A DNA stretch of 64,000 nt from a virus (taxonomy: Duplodnaviria; Caudoviricetes): the IMG/VR virus record IMGVR_UViG_3300006620_000007. One strand, given 5' to 3'. Shown here in pieces: positions 49,281 to 58,990 of the stretch. A program made the translations under genes and the position numbers. Under the pieces are notes generated by a model. That model saw only the letters and a program-made list of their open reading frames with translations. It was not told the origin of the DNA and made no database searches. Position 1 is the stretch's first letter. Every line of letters begins with the position of its first letter.

Positions 49281-51047
49281 TTATGCTGGTGGTACTTCAG
49301 GAGCAGGTGCCGCTCCGCCTGCGCCACCGCCTGTTGTTGTGTCAGGTGCTGGTGCCGCCCCACCATCTACTGGTGCCGGCTCTGCATTAGGATCAACATC
49401 TTCTGCTCCTCCTATGTCTGCATCCATTGCCGCGCCACTAATACCTACGCCACGCATTTCACCTGCGGCGTCTGTTGGTGGTGGAGTAATGTTTTCATCA
49501 TTCTCTTCTTTCCAATAACGTTCATTCTCAGCCATGTCTTCTTCACTTAATCCTAAGAAACGTTTCATTGCATATCTGTTACTAATAAATGGCACAGCCA
49601 TAATTTGTGTAAACGTTGGAATTCTTACATTGTCAAGTTCTGATTGTCTGTAACTTGCAAAGTTCATTGGTGGTTCAAGTTTTAAATCAAACATTGAAAC
49701 ATCAAGATTCATACCTTTTTCTAATAGGTAACGTTTGAATTCTTGATTAAATTCTTCTGTTACAAGTGCTTGTAAACGTTCACAGTACTTGTTAAAGCGT
49801 AGTTCTTGTATGTATGCAGTACCTACTCTACCATCGTTGCTTTGTGTTTGTGCATCGTCTTGTGCCGCTGTTGGCAAGTAACTACTTGGAATACGTAAAC
49901 CTCTAATAAGTTTGTTAGTAAAGTATTTTAAGTCGTCAATCTCACCTAAGTTAGTACCGCCTGGTAATGTTTCAACTTTAGATCCTCTACCTTCTGCTGT
50001 CTGCGGAAAGAAATAATCTTCGTTAGTTGATAATGGATTGTATGCACTATCAATAACACTTGTTGATCCACCTGTTGCACTTGGAATACGTCTTTGATGT
50101 ATTTCTGTTTTTACACGCTCAACAAATTGCATTGCAAGGTGTGATGGCATATTACCTACGTCAATGTAAAACACTCTACGTTCAGGTGCTCTTTGCGTTC
50201 TGTAAATAATAATTGCGTCTTCTAATAATTCTTTTTGCTTGTATACTTTAAATATACTTTCTAACAAACTATTACCAAACGGATAGTTGTTGTCTAATCC
50301 TTCACTTAAACTTAAATGTACAACGTGTTCTGCATCAATAGCAACTTCTCTATTGTTTATACTAAATCTTGAACCTGCTTGTGATGTTCCTGTGTTACCA
50401 ACTGCACCTTGAGCGCCACCTGCTTGATAACCTTGTGAACCGCTTGTTGTTCCGCCACCTGTGATGTTACCACTTGTGATATGCGGATCAGTAATAATTT
50501 GATCTCTAAAATTAAAGTTAATATCTTTAATAATATATTGTTCTGGTTTTTTACCTTCTGATTCGTTTACAATAATACGTACAACTTTTGCAGGATCAAT
50601 ATAAAACCACTTTTTAGTTTCAGGATCTCTTACAAAAAATGCGTCACCATACTTAAATGTGTTACGCACAATTTTAAACATTTTAGTTTCAAACTTTTGT
50701 AGTTTAGACCATTGCTTTAGGTATTGTCCTAAGATGTTTACTTCGCTGTTTGTTGCTGTTTTATTAAAATGTAAATTAAATGATGTTCTGTTACGTGCAT
50801 TTTGTTGTGAACAAAATTCTGCTAAAATGTCTAACGCCGCATTTACTTCTGAGTCGTTGTCCATTGTATTATATTGTCCATAACGTTCAACACGGTTTGG
50901 ACTACCAACATATACGTCTGGTAGATATGAAGAATAATTTGATCTCGCTGGACCTGGTTCGTTTCCACCACGTCCACTGAACGGGCTCATGTTACCACCG
51001 TCGTTGTTACCTACAGGTGCGTTTGTAAAATATCTTTTCCAGCTCAT
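49281..51047 (-). CDS. gp20: Portal protein, gp20-like
   Basis: LLEDAIIIYR..RAPERRVFYIDVGNMP, EDYFFP....GRGSKVETLPGG.NLGEIDDL.YF..KL.RGLRIP.SY. Confidence 0.95.
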   Translation of the reverse strand: MSWKRYFTNAPVGNNDGGNMSPFSGRGGNEPGPARSNYSSYLPDVYVGSPNRVERYGQYNTMDNDSEVNAALDILAEFCSQQNARNRTSFNLHFNKTATNSEVNILGQYLKQWSKLQKFETKMFKIVRNTFKYGDAFFVRDPETKKWFYIDPAKVVRIIVNESEGKKPEQYIIKDINFNFRDQIITDPHITSGNITGGGTTSGSQGYQAGGAQGAVGNTGTSQAGSRFSINNREVAIDAEHVVHLSLSEGLDNNYPFGNSLLESIFKVYKQKELLEDAIIIYRTQRAPERRVFYIDVGNMPSHLAMQFVERVKTEIHQRRIPSATGGSTSVIDSAYNPLSTNEDYFFPQTAEGRGSKVETLPGGTNLGEIDDLKYFTNKLIRGLRIPSSYLPTAAQDDAQTQSNDGRVGTAYIQELRFNKYCERLQALVTEEFNQEFKRYLLEKGMNLDVSMFDLKLEPPMNFASYRQSELDNVRIPTFTQIMAVPFISNRYAMKRFLGLSEEDMAENERYWKEENDENITPPPTDAAGEMRGVGISGAAMDADIGGAEDVDPNAEPAPVDGGAAPAPDTTTGGGAGGAAPAPEVPPA

Positions 51048-51050
51048 GTG

Positions 51051-53303
51051 TTACGCAGTTCCTTTCAACATATTCCCCTGTAACCCGTTTGTTGCACGAA
51101 GAATCTGTTTTAAAATTTTATTTTGCTCCATCAAAGTAGCAGTTGCTAAATCTGTGCTACTTGTATTTACCGCGGCATCGCTGTCTTGGACTGATTTTGT
51201 GACTCCTGAGTCTGCAACAATTTTGGCTGTATCAACTTCTGGTGTTGTAACTGTTGGTACTTCATAGTCTGGCATTACTCCTGCGGTTGCAGTTTTGGTT
51301 TTGGCTGTATCAGCAAATTCTTCAGCGTTTATCTTCTGAGCAATTTTTTCGTTTGGATCGTCTTCTTCGTCGTCTCCACCAAACCAACTAAACGGATTAA
51401 GTTTTTTAAGTTTATCAACTAATCCACTAAAGATACCACTTATCCAACCAAACATTGTTTGAAACACATCAATAATTGGTTGTACCCAACCTTTGATTTT
51501 TTCCCAACCAAATATAGCAAGTAGTGCCGCACCAATTGCAAGGAATGGTGCAATAATCGGACCAAGTATGATTCCAAACACTGCTGGTAATAATGATGTT
51601 ACAAATCCTGAAATTAGTAGTCCTGCAAGTCCGCCAAGTACACCAACAATTAATGTTCCAATGTGTTCTTTAAAGAAATTACCAAACCATGCACCAAATA
51701 TATCTCCAACCATTTTAAATCCATCTGCAATCATGGGTTTGAATTTTTGTTCCCAAACTGTGCTAAAGAATTTACCTAAGTCGCCTCCTGCCGCTTCCCA
51801 TGTATCTTTTAAGAACTTAGCCATTTCTTCACCGTACTTCAGTATTCCGTCTAAGAATTTATCTAATTGTGATACTCCATCTTTACCTGTTGAAGTAAAC
51901 CATTCTGTAAATGTACCGATACCTTCCATGAACATATCAAATAAACCACTGTCAAGAATAGTTGTTTTAATCTTGTTACGCATTTCAGTCATTGCTACTT
52001 CAAAAGCGGCAGTTGCGGCAGTAGTCTTATCTCTTTCCTTCTGCTCTGCTTTCATTGCCTCAATGTCTGCATCATTGTATTTTGCTGACATCTTTTTGTA
52101 TTCAGCCAATCCACTGGTTAATCCTTCAAATCCTTCTTTACCCATCAATGATGATACCATTGCAGGATCCATGCTCTTAATAAATGCATCCATCTCTGGA
52201 CCAAAGCCTGCCATCTTCTTAATGTATTCTTCTTGACTGATAGCACCATCACCCAGTTGTTTCTGTAATTCTGCAAAGCCTGGTATGGTTGCCGCAAGTT
52301 TTTGTGCTAATGGAGTTTGTGCAACACCATCTGCTAAATCTTTAATAGCGCCACTGAAACCTGGTAATTCTGAATCAACAAATGCAAGTCCGTCTTGGAA
52401 GTTAGTTAATGCTTCTCCTGACAGTTTACTTGCCATAACCATAACGTTTGCTTCAGAGGCTTGTTTCTTTAATAATGCTTCTGCTTCTTTACGTGACTTA
52501 CCTGTTACTTTAGCAAGTCTATCAATCTGCATTAAGTATGCTTCTGAACCTGCACGTAATGATTCTTGACTTCTTCCAGCAAGTCTACCTTGCATTGCTT
52601 GTAGTTCAATATATCCTGCTGTATGTTCTGCAAGAGATTCCATAGTGAAACCCATTCCCATAAGTTCTTCTCTTGGTAAACTTTTAGTTAATCGTCCAAA
52701 TGCTTTGGCACCTTCTGATGTTGTGCCTCCTAATAGCATCATGTTCTGTGCGTTAGTACCAACAAACTCAGCAAACTGTTCCATGCTTAATCCTGCATCA
52801 GCCGCCGCCAAGTTCATTTCAACAATGTTATTACCGAAAGAAGCACCTACTTCAGATAGACTTCTAAATGTTTGAACATTGTCTTCAACCATTCCTAATA
52901 TACTGCTGAGTGCACCACCTACTATTGGTAAGTGTGATGCAAAGTCACTCATCTTAACACTTGTGCCTAAGAATTCCGTTGCTAATCCTGCGGCAGAATC
53001 ATAAGCCATACCAAAGCCTTTGGTAACCATACCGGTCATCATGCTTAGACCTCTACCAAAATCTTGTAGTGCCGTAGAGGTATTGTTTATCTCGTCGCCG
53101 AATTTACCCAATTTGTTTGTTGAATTTTTGAGAGCGCCTTCCATACCGCCGGCACCACCGCCAGGTCCTCCTGCTCCACCACCAGAACCACCACCTTTTG
53201 CTCCTTTTTTCATGGCATCAAGGATTTTCTTTAGGGTTTCCTCTGATGCGGCATTGTTGGCTTGAACCTTACCAATTCCTGGGATATCTACTTCTACTGC
53301 CAT
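51051..53303 (-). CDS. Tape-measure-like protein
   Basis: 750 aa, helical, Ala/Gly/Met-rich with hydrophobic segments near the C-terminus; divergent from the gp26-like gene. Confidence 0.65.
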   Translation of the reverse strand: MAVEVDIPGIGKVQANNAASEETLKKILDAMKKGAKGGGSGGGAGGPGGGAGGMEGALKNSTNKLGKFGDEINNTSTALQDFGRGLSMMTGMVTKGFGMAYDSAAGLATEFLGTSVKMSDFASHLPIVGGALSSILGMVEDNVQTFRSLSEVGASFGNNIVEMNLAAADAGLSMEQFAEFVGTNAQNMMLLGGTTSEGAKAFGRLTKSLPREELMGMGFTMESLAEHTAGYIELQAMQGRLAGRSQESLRAGSEAYLMQIDRLAKVTGKSRKEAEALLKKQASEANVMVMASKLSGEALTNFQDGLAFVDSELPGFSGAIKDLADGVAQTPLAQKLAATIPGFAELQKQLGDGAISQEEYIKKMAGFGPEMDAFIKSMDPAMVSSLMGKEGFEGLTSGLAEYKKMSAKYNDADIEAMKAEQKERDKTTAATAAFEVAMTEMRNKIKTTILDSGLFDMFMEGIGTFTEWFTSTGKDGVSQLDKFLDGILKYGEEMAKFLKDTWEAAGGDLGKFFSTVWEQKFKPMIADGFKMVGDIFGAWFGNFFKEHIGTLIVGVLGGLAGLLISGFVTSLLPAVFGIILGPIIAPFLAIGAALLAIFGWEKIKGWVQPIIDVFQTMFGWISGIFSGLVDKLKKLNPFSWFGGDDEEDDPNEKIAQKINAEEFADTAKTKTATAGVMPDYEVPTVTTPEVDTAKIVADSGVTKSVQDSDAAVNTSSTDLATATLMEQNKILKQILRATNGLQGNMLKGTA

Positions 53304-53330
53304 TTATTATATACTCACTTTATTGCAACT

Positions 53331-53358
53331 TATAAATACTTGTGCTATAACTTATTTA
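53331..53358. promoter_or_regulatory. Face-to-face late promoters (TATAAATA on +, TAAATA on -)
   Basis: TATAAATA at 53331-53338; TATTTA at 53353-53358. Confidence 0.55.
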
Positions 53359-53371
53359 GCAGGAGAAAAAT

Positions 53372-54310
53372 ATGTCAGAAAATAACATTCCAGCAGGCGG
53401 TATACCAATGATGCCAACTGGGCCAGTACCGGGTACTCCAGTACAACCGGTTAAGGCTAATCCGCTAACGAAGCATTTTCGACAGCCAAAACTGTACTTG
53501 AAACTTCCGTCAGCCGGACAATATTGGCCACAAGGGTCTATAGACTTACCGGAAAACGGTGAAGTAGCAGTTTATCCAATGACTGCAAAGGACGAATTAG
53601 TTTTAAAAACACCAGACGCACTTCTTAATGGCGAATCAACTGTAACAATGATGCAAAGTTGTATTCCAGCAATTAAAGATGCGTATCAATGTCCAAGTTT
53701 AGATCTTGATGCAATTTTAATTGCAGTTAGAATTGCAACTTACGGAGAAACACTTACAATTACATCACAGGTTCCAAATACTAAGCCAGAGATGACTAAG
53801 GATATGGAAGTTGATTTAATTCAATTATTAGATACAGTGCAAGGCAGAGGATATGATCCTTTATATAAACACAACGAATTTACGTTTTATATTAGTCCTT
53901 TAAACTACAGAAAGTTTACACAGTTAGCACTTAAGGCATTTGAAGAACAACGCATGATGAAAACCATTGCAGATGCAAGTCTTGATGAAGAACAAAAAAT
54001 GTCTAAGTTTAATGAAAGTTTTAGTAAACTAACTGAGATGACTTTGTCAAGTGTAGTTGACCAAATTCAATGGGTACAATTCGGTGGCGAAGAAAAAGTT
54101 ACTGATAAGAAACATATTCAAGAATTTTTTGAACAGACATCAGGTGATATCTTTGATGGTGTTAAAAATGCTATTGAAGCAAAGAGAAATAGTTATGCTC
54201 TTAAACCTTTGATTGCACAAGCATCAGATGATGAGAAGAAGGCAGGCGCTCCAGACTCATGGGAAGTACCAATAGCGTTTGATCAATCAAATTTTTTCGT
54301 ACGCAAATAG
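53372..54310 (+). CDS. gp26: Baseplate hub / tail assembly protein, gp26-like
   Basis: NPL..HFRQPKLY.KLPS.G..W, PMTAKDE..LKTPDALLNG, DLDAILIA.RIATYGE, ends D.SNFF. Confidence 0.7.
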   Translation: MSENNIPAGGIPMMPTGPVPGTPVQPVKANPLTKHFRQPKLYLKLPSAGQYWPQGSIDLPENGEVAVYPMTAKDELVLKTPDALLNGESTVTMMQSCIPAIKDAYQCPSLDLDAILIAVRIATYGETLTITSQVPNTKPEMTKDMEVDLIQLLDTVQGRGYDPLYKHNEFTFYISPLNYRKFTQLALKAFEEQRMMKTIADASLDEEQKMSKFNESFSKLTEMTLSSVVDQIQWVQFGGEEKVTDKKHIQEFFEQTSGDIFDGVKNAIEAKRNSYALKPLIAQASDDEKKAGAPDSWEVPIAFDQSNFFVRK

Positions 54311-54528
54311 CACAATGGCCTCTTGACAAAATACAGTCCGAAGTTAAAAAGATTGAGGCCGATGCTAAAGAACTTAAACACAATATCCTAAAACTTGTTT
54401 GGTATATGCGGGGAGGAGTAACTCTCAATGAAGCATATGATATGGGTCCTGAAGATCGAGATATGGTCAAAAAGATCGTAGAGGATAATATGGAAACCAC
54501 TAAGAAGTCTGGTTTACCTTTCTTTTAA
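54283..54528 (+). CDS. gp51-like ORF not in the track, probably reached by -1 frameshift from the gp26-like gene
   Basis: -1 frame open from 54283 to TAA 54526-54528 (FFRTQIAQWPLDKIQSEVKK...WYMRGGVTLNEAY...TTKKSGLPFF); first ATG only at 54406; slippery AAATTTTTTC at 54289-54298. Confidence 0.65.
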   Translation, partial: SIKFFRTQIAQWPLDKIQSEVKKIEADAKELKHNILKLVWYMRGGVTLNEAYDMGPEDRDMVKKIVEDNMETTKKSGLPFF

Positions 54529-54530
54529 AT

Positions 54531-57227
54531 TTACGCTGTTGGTTGTTGTTGGAATCTTTGATCGGGTCTTTTAGAAGCCGCTGATTTTCCAGGTGCCGCT
54601 GGTTTTCCACCTGCTGGTGCTTTTGCTTTACCGCCACCTTCAATATATGCTATTGCAAGATCAACTTGATTTGCATCAAAAATTTGTCTAACTAATTCTT
54701 CTATCTTAGGATTACCAAGTTTTGCCGCAGTACCTTTGTCTGCAACTTTGCCTGTAGATTTGCTAATCCACTGAGCACCTTTCCATTCATAGTCGTCTTT
54801 AGTTGCACCTGCGTTTGTACCCTTCGGTGGACTTGACTTCATGTCAAACGGTCCATCGTTAAATGGATCTCCGGAAGACTTACCTTGTAATGTTGAAGCA
54901 CTATCGCCGTCTGCTTTGCCGTCACCATCTTTATCTGCTTTAGGATCTGGACTTGATGCTGAAGCACCTGCTCCACCACCTGCTCCTGTGGCACCACCTG
55001 CGCCTGCGGTACCACCGCCTACGCCTCCTGTTTTTGCTCCTGCATTTTTGCCAGGTGCTGGTGCTTTTTTATTATTACCTTTAGTACCGCCGCCAACGCC
55101 GCCTGAACTTGCTGTGCTTTTTTCTGCACCTTGTACTTTAAGATCTGCTTGTCCTGTGTTAGTTGCAACAGTTCCAATTTGTTCGTCACTCATACCTCTG
55201 TTTGAAAGTATTTGTGCAATGGATCCTACGTCTGTTGGTTCACCTGCTTTTTTCCAATCTTTTTCAAGTTTAGCGTATGTAACTTTTTGTCCTAATTCTT
55301 TACCTGCTTTTGCCGCACCTGATTTAACTGCACCAACTGCCTTGCCAATTCCCTTGTTAGCCGCCGCTCCTACTTTGTCCATACCAGCACCTGCAACTTT
55401 ACCTGCGCCTTTTGCCGCCGCCTTAGTAATGTTGGCCGCACCTGCCGCGGCTTTCTTAGCCATGCCTTTGATGTCTATTTCGTCTACTCTATAGTCTTCA
55501 AATAAATCAAAGTATTCATCTTCTAATTGTTCTGCTGTTTTATAAACTCTTGATTCTTTTTTCTCAGTTGGCTCTTTGAATTCTGATTTTGCTAATGCTC
55601 CACCAAGTGCAACTGCCGCCGCGGCTTGTGCAATTTGCGCCGCTGTGTTGTCAACTGCTTGTTCCATTGATCCTGAAACTGTGCCTTTGAACACTTGATC
55701 ATATAACTCGTCTCTTAGATCATCTGGTAAATTTTCTAAAGCCTTGTCTAAATTATCTGTAAATGCATTAGGTTGTACAAAAACACTTTTCATTTGGAAA
55801 ACAGGATTTCCGTCTGCATCTACACCTTCAATTTCTGAGTCAACGATAGCAGTGTATTCAGTTCCGTCTGGTAATGTTTTACTGACTGTTGATTTGAATG
55901 TCTCTCCAACTGTTATTTCTTCTGGTACACCTTCAACACTGATACTGTCTCCAACTTCATACGCTGAAGAAGCCGATATACGTGTTCCCATGAATTCTTT
56001 TTGATCTAATGCTCTGTTAAATCCTTGTGCATTTTGTAATGCTTCAATATCTTCTTCTGACAAGCCAGCGTCTAATAATTTTTGTGTGTTATCTGTAATC
56101 CATGCGTTGTCTGGAAAGTCTGCTGAATTAATACCTGCGTCATTAAGTTGTTCTGCATCAAGTTTAGCAACAACTTCTGTGTCTGATTGATATGAATCTG
56201 CATCTTGAGTTGACGTTGATGTAGTTTTTTCTATGTCAACATCTGTGCCTTTGATGTCAAATTCACCTTGCATTTTATCAATAGCCTGATTTAAGTTTCC
56301 TCCATCTTCTCCTGCAAGAGCAAATATTTTGTCGTCAACTTCTTTCATTTGACCTTGTAAAATTTCCTGTGCTTCTGCATCAAGATCGCCTCTGCCTAAT
56401 AGTTCTGCCATTGCACTTCTTGTTTGTATAAGTTCTTTAGCCGCATCAGCATCTAAATCAGTTAGGCTTGTAGCGTCCATTCCGTCTAATTGTGTGACAT
56501 CAATTTCGCCTGATGCATCGTTAATAAATGTGCTTGTAATTTCTGGAGGTAATATTTCTCCAATGGCATCGCCAATGGCACCAGCAACTGCACCAAGTGC
56601 CGCGCCTTTAACAGATTTAGCCGCCGCTGTTGAAAGTTTATCACCTTTAATAGTATTGTTTGCTAACTTTAAGAAGAAACCAATTGCGGCACCACTTAAA
56701 ATACCACCACTTGCAAATGCAAGTACTGATGTCATTGCACCAATAATAAATGCACTCTTGGCTGGATTGTCTTTTGCAAAACCTCCCCACTTTTCAACTC
56801 CTGCAAGAATTTTTTGTCCTGCTGGATTTCCTTGTAGTTTAGTTTTTAGTTGTGATTTTAATTTTTCAAACTGTGCATCAAAGTTCTTAACAGGTCCGCT
56901 ATTTGCCGCGGCATCCATTAACTTATCAATTTCTGCTTTCATCTTGCCTGAGACTTCAGCAGTAACTTTACCTGCCTTGCCTAAGGCAGTCATATTCTCT
57001 CCGCCTTCTATTGATACCTTTTCAGCATCTTGGAAAATCTTTTTAATTTGATCTGGTTTAAGATCGGCTTCCATTAATTTGCTATACTGCTCAACTAATG
57101 GCCAAACATTCTTTTCCCATGAACCTACATAAATTCTTTGTTGCTCAGTTAACATTTCCCATGATTGAGATTCTGTTAATATTGCTTCTGACTTAAGATT
57201 GTATGCTGTTACTTCTTGTAGTTTCAT
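54531..57227 (-). CDS. Large hypothetical, probable internal head/ejection protein
   Basis: N-terminal ILTE/MLTE/LMEA possible prohead-protease sites; Gly-zipper hydrophobic helices; low-complexity C-terminus. Confidence 0.5.
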   Translation of the reverse strand: MKLQEVTAYNLKSEAILTESQSWEMLTEQQRIYVGSWEKNVWPLVEQYSKLMEADLKPDQIKKIFQDAEKVSIEGGENMTALGKAGKVTAEVSGKMKAEIDKLMDAAANSGPVKNFDAQFEKLKSQLKTKLQGNPAGQKILAGVEKWGGFAKDNPAKSAFIIGAMTSVLAFASGGILSGAAIGFFLKLANNTIKGDKLSTAAAKSVKGAALGAVAGAIGDAIGEILPPEITSTFINDASGEIDVTQLDGMDATSLTDLDADAAKELIQTRSAMAELLGRGDLDAEAQEILQGQMKEVDDKIFALAGEDGGNLNQAIDKMQGEFDIKGTDVDIEKTTSTSTQDADSYQSDTEVVAKLDAEQLNDAGINSADFPDNAWITDNTQKLLDAGLSEEDIEALQNAQGFNRALDQKEFMGTRISASSAYEVGDSISVEGVPEEITVGETFKSTVSKTLPDGTEYTAIVDSEIEGVDADGNPVFQMKSVFVQPNAFTDNLDKALENLPDDLRDELYDQVFKGTVSGSMEQAVDNTAAQIAQAAAAVALGGALAKSEFKEPTEKKESRVYKTAEQLEDEYFDLFEDYRVDEIDIKGMAKKAAAGAANITKAAAKGAGKVAGAGMDKVGAAANKGIGKAVGAVKSGAAKAGKELGQKVTYAKLEKDWKKAGEPTDVGSIAQILSNRGMSDEQIGTVATNTGQADLKVQGAEKSTASSGGVGGGTKGNNKKAPAPGKNAGAKTGGVGGGTAGAGGATGAGGGAGASASSPDPKADKDGDGKADGDSASTLQGKSSGDPFNDGPFDMKSSPPKGTNAGATKDDYEWKGAQWISKSTGKVADKGTAAKLGNPKIEELVRQIFDANQVDLAIAYIEGGGKAKAPAGGKPAAPGKSAASKRPDQRFQQQPTA

Positions 57228-57231
57228 AGTA

Positions 57232-58245
57232 TTACTCGGCTCCCTGTACTGCTGGTGCTTTAGCCGGTTTGTCCGGAGTACCAGTTGGATAACTTGTTTT
57301 AGTACCTTGTTGTTTTTGTGCCGCCTTTGATGTTACTGTTTTAGTTACCGGTGCAGGTTGTTTCTGCGGAGTTTCTGCTCCTGTTGGTGCTGGTGCTGGT
57401 TTCTTTTCTGGTGCTGGTGCTGGTTGCTTACCTGGCACTTCTGCACTTGGTTTAGGTGCTGGTGGTTTAGTACCTTTCTTCAACAAAGCCACTGCTTGTG
57501 CTTTTTCGCCTTTGGTTGCTTGATCTATTTGTTTTTGAATGTCTGCATTTAATTCGCCAGTTCCTTTACCTTGTTGATCTCCCTTACCTTGTTGGTTTGC
57601 TTTTCCTTGCTGTTGCCCTTGCTGTTGTGCTTTAGCATCTTTTGGTTGTTCTGCTCCATCTTGTGGAGCCGCTTTTTTTGAATCTTGTACTATTTGTAGT
57701 AATGCTTTATCAAGCACTTTCTTACCAAATGGACCGCCGTCGTATTTTTTCCCGCCGGCAGTTTTGATACCTTTTTTCTTAGCCAATGCTATAATTTCTT
57801 GTTTGCCTTTTTCATCTTTTGCATCAATCACGGTAGGATTGCCATCAATACCTGCTATAACATCTTTTCCTGATTTACTTTTAACAACATCGCCTGGTGC
57901 AACTGCACCTGTTCCGGCTCCTGACGCATCAGCGATTGCTTTATCAATTATTTTACCTTTGCCTTCGAAACCGTTATTAAGTAACCAATTTTTAAATTCT
58001 GCTGGATCGTTAGCACTCATGCTACCGCCAATGCTACCTTGGTGTGCTTGCCAATTCTTACGCAATTCGTTTGCTTCAGCACCCGTGTCTACGTTGCCTG
58101 CAACGCCTGCCGCAAAATTACTTGCACCCACTTTAGCGGCTGTTTTAGCAAGAACCTTTTTTCCATACTGCTTTAAGGCGTTAACAGGCGCCTCGGAAAC
58201 AGGTTTTTTAGTGGATTCAGCAATAATCTGCGTTACTTTCATCAA
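57232..58245 (-). CDS. Hypothetical, probable internal head protein
   Basis: MKVTQIIAE...VSE-AP N-terminus; Lys/Pro/Gln-rich tail; TAAATA at 58270-58275. Confidence 0.5.
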   Translation of the reverse strand: MMKVTQIIAESTKKPVSEAPVNALKQYGKKVLAKTAAKVGASNFAAGVAGNVDTGAEANELRKNWQAHQGSIGGSMSANDPAEFKNWLLNNGFEGKGKIIDKAIADASGAGTGAVAPGDVVKSKSGKDVIAGIDGNPTVIDAKDEKGKQEIIALAKKKGIKTAGGKKYDGGPFGKKVLDKALLQIVQDSKKAAPQDGAEQPKDAKAQQQGQQQGKANQQGKGDQQGKGTGELNADIQKQIDQATKGEKAQAVALLKKGTKPPAPKPSAEVPGKQPAPAPEKKPAPAPTGAETPQKQPAPVTKTVTSKAAQKQQGTKTSYPTGTPDKPAKAPAVQGAE

Positions 58246-58306
58246 TAAGTCCTTTGTTTTAACTATAACTATTTATTCTATTCAATATCTTTTAAATAAT
58301 CTTACG

Positions 58307-58489
58307 ATGGCAGATACAAATTATGTTGTTGTTCCCAAGAATGCGATTATCTCAGCACTTTCGCAGAATGATGCATTCATGACTGTGGAACAATTAAAAG
58401 AAGTCCGACCAGATGAAGAATATGTTATACTTGAAGTACATCCGGAACGACCAAGTGGATTAGGACGTGATCCTGATCTATACGATTAG
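58307..58489 (+). CDS. Small hypothetical protein, 60 aa
   Basis: MADTNYVVV...GLGRDPDLYD; TAAATA at 58293-58298; the upstream part of track ORF 57764..58489 is an antisense shadow. Confidence 0.55.
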   Translation: MADTNYVVVPKNAIISALSQNDAFMTVEQLKEVRPDEEYVILEVHPERPSGLGRDPDLYD

Positions 58490-58526
58490 AACTGTTTGAA
58501 TATCAAAACATACTAAATTGTTATAA

Positions 58527-58608
58527 GTTGCTCTTTGAGCAACTATGTTTTCGCTTACGCTCAAACATTATATCTTTTAATTAATGATATAATAATTGCG
58601 AAGCAATT
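58527..58608. other. Cluster of DNA mini-hairpins (possible origin or packaging signal)
   Basis: AGTTGCTC-TTT-GAGCAACT; on - strand ATGTTT-GA-GCGTAAGC-GA-AAACAT; AATTGC-GAA-GCAATT (GCGAAGC core); AT-rich spacer. Confidence 0.4.
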
Positions 58609-58609
58609 T

Positions 58610-58985
58610 AGCATCATGTAGATTGTTTCAGTCAGACGGAACCTACTCGCTGGTTCCATCTAATCTTGAACATCATGTGAGCTCGTCACAGCCAAGACTG
58701 GAAGTAGGTGTTTGTTTATACACAAAGTTCAATGGGCTCTGACCTTTCCCAACCTACGTCGACATCGCTAACGCTACCTCCCGCTTCGTTCCTATTGCTA
58801 AGGAGTTTTTATGAACTGTGTTTGTGTTCTTCGACTGACAGCATTCAATCTACGTCAACCTGTGGTCCCAATTCTTTTGATGGATTCCTCACAATGGTGG
58901 TCGATCAACGTGTACGAGTGTCCTTACTACGGGACTTTTTGCTCGGCGGTATTATAAACTGGCCCGCTAACCTTATGTGCTGTTT
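58610..58985 (-). ncRNA. Candidate large structured ncRNA (~375 nt) directly downstream of the GIY-YIG-like gene
   Basis: Raised GC, no credible ORF; long-range stems 58618-58625/58846-58853 and 58628-58633/58833-58838; hairpin 58634-58661; further nested stems. Strand inferred from context. Confidence 0.5.
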
Positions 58986-58990
58986 ATAGC

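Noticed and set aside
54201-54500. 99-aa - strand ORF
   Set aside because: Antisense to the gp26-like end and the more convincing -1 frame ORF.
57764-58306. N-terminal 180 aa of the 241-aa + ORF
   Set aside because: Antisense to 57232..58245; only the last 60 codons have a late box, an ATG and protein-like sequence.
58640-58760. Group I intron reading (GGTCAGAGCCC as an R-like element)
   Set aside because: No convincing S/P7 partner and no interrupted gene on either side.
58708-58989. 93-aa + ORF in the structured region
   Set aside because: GTG start, atypical composition, no recognisable motif; base pairing explains the region better.
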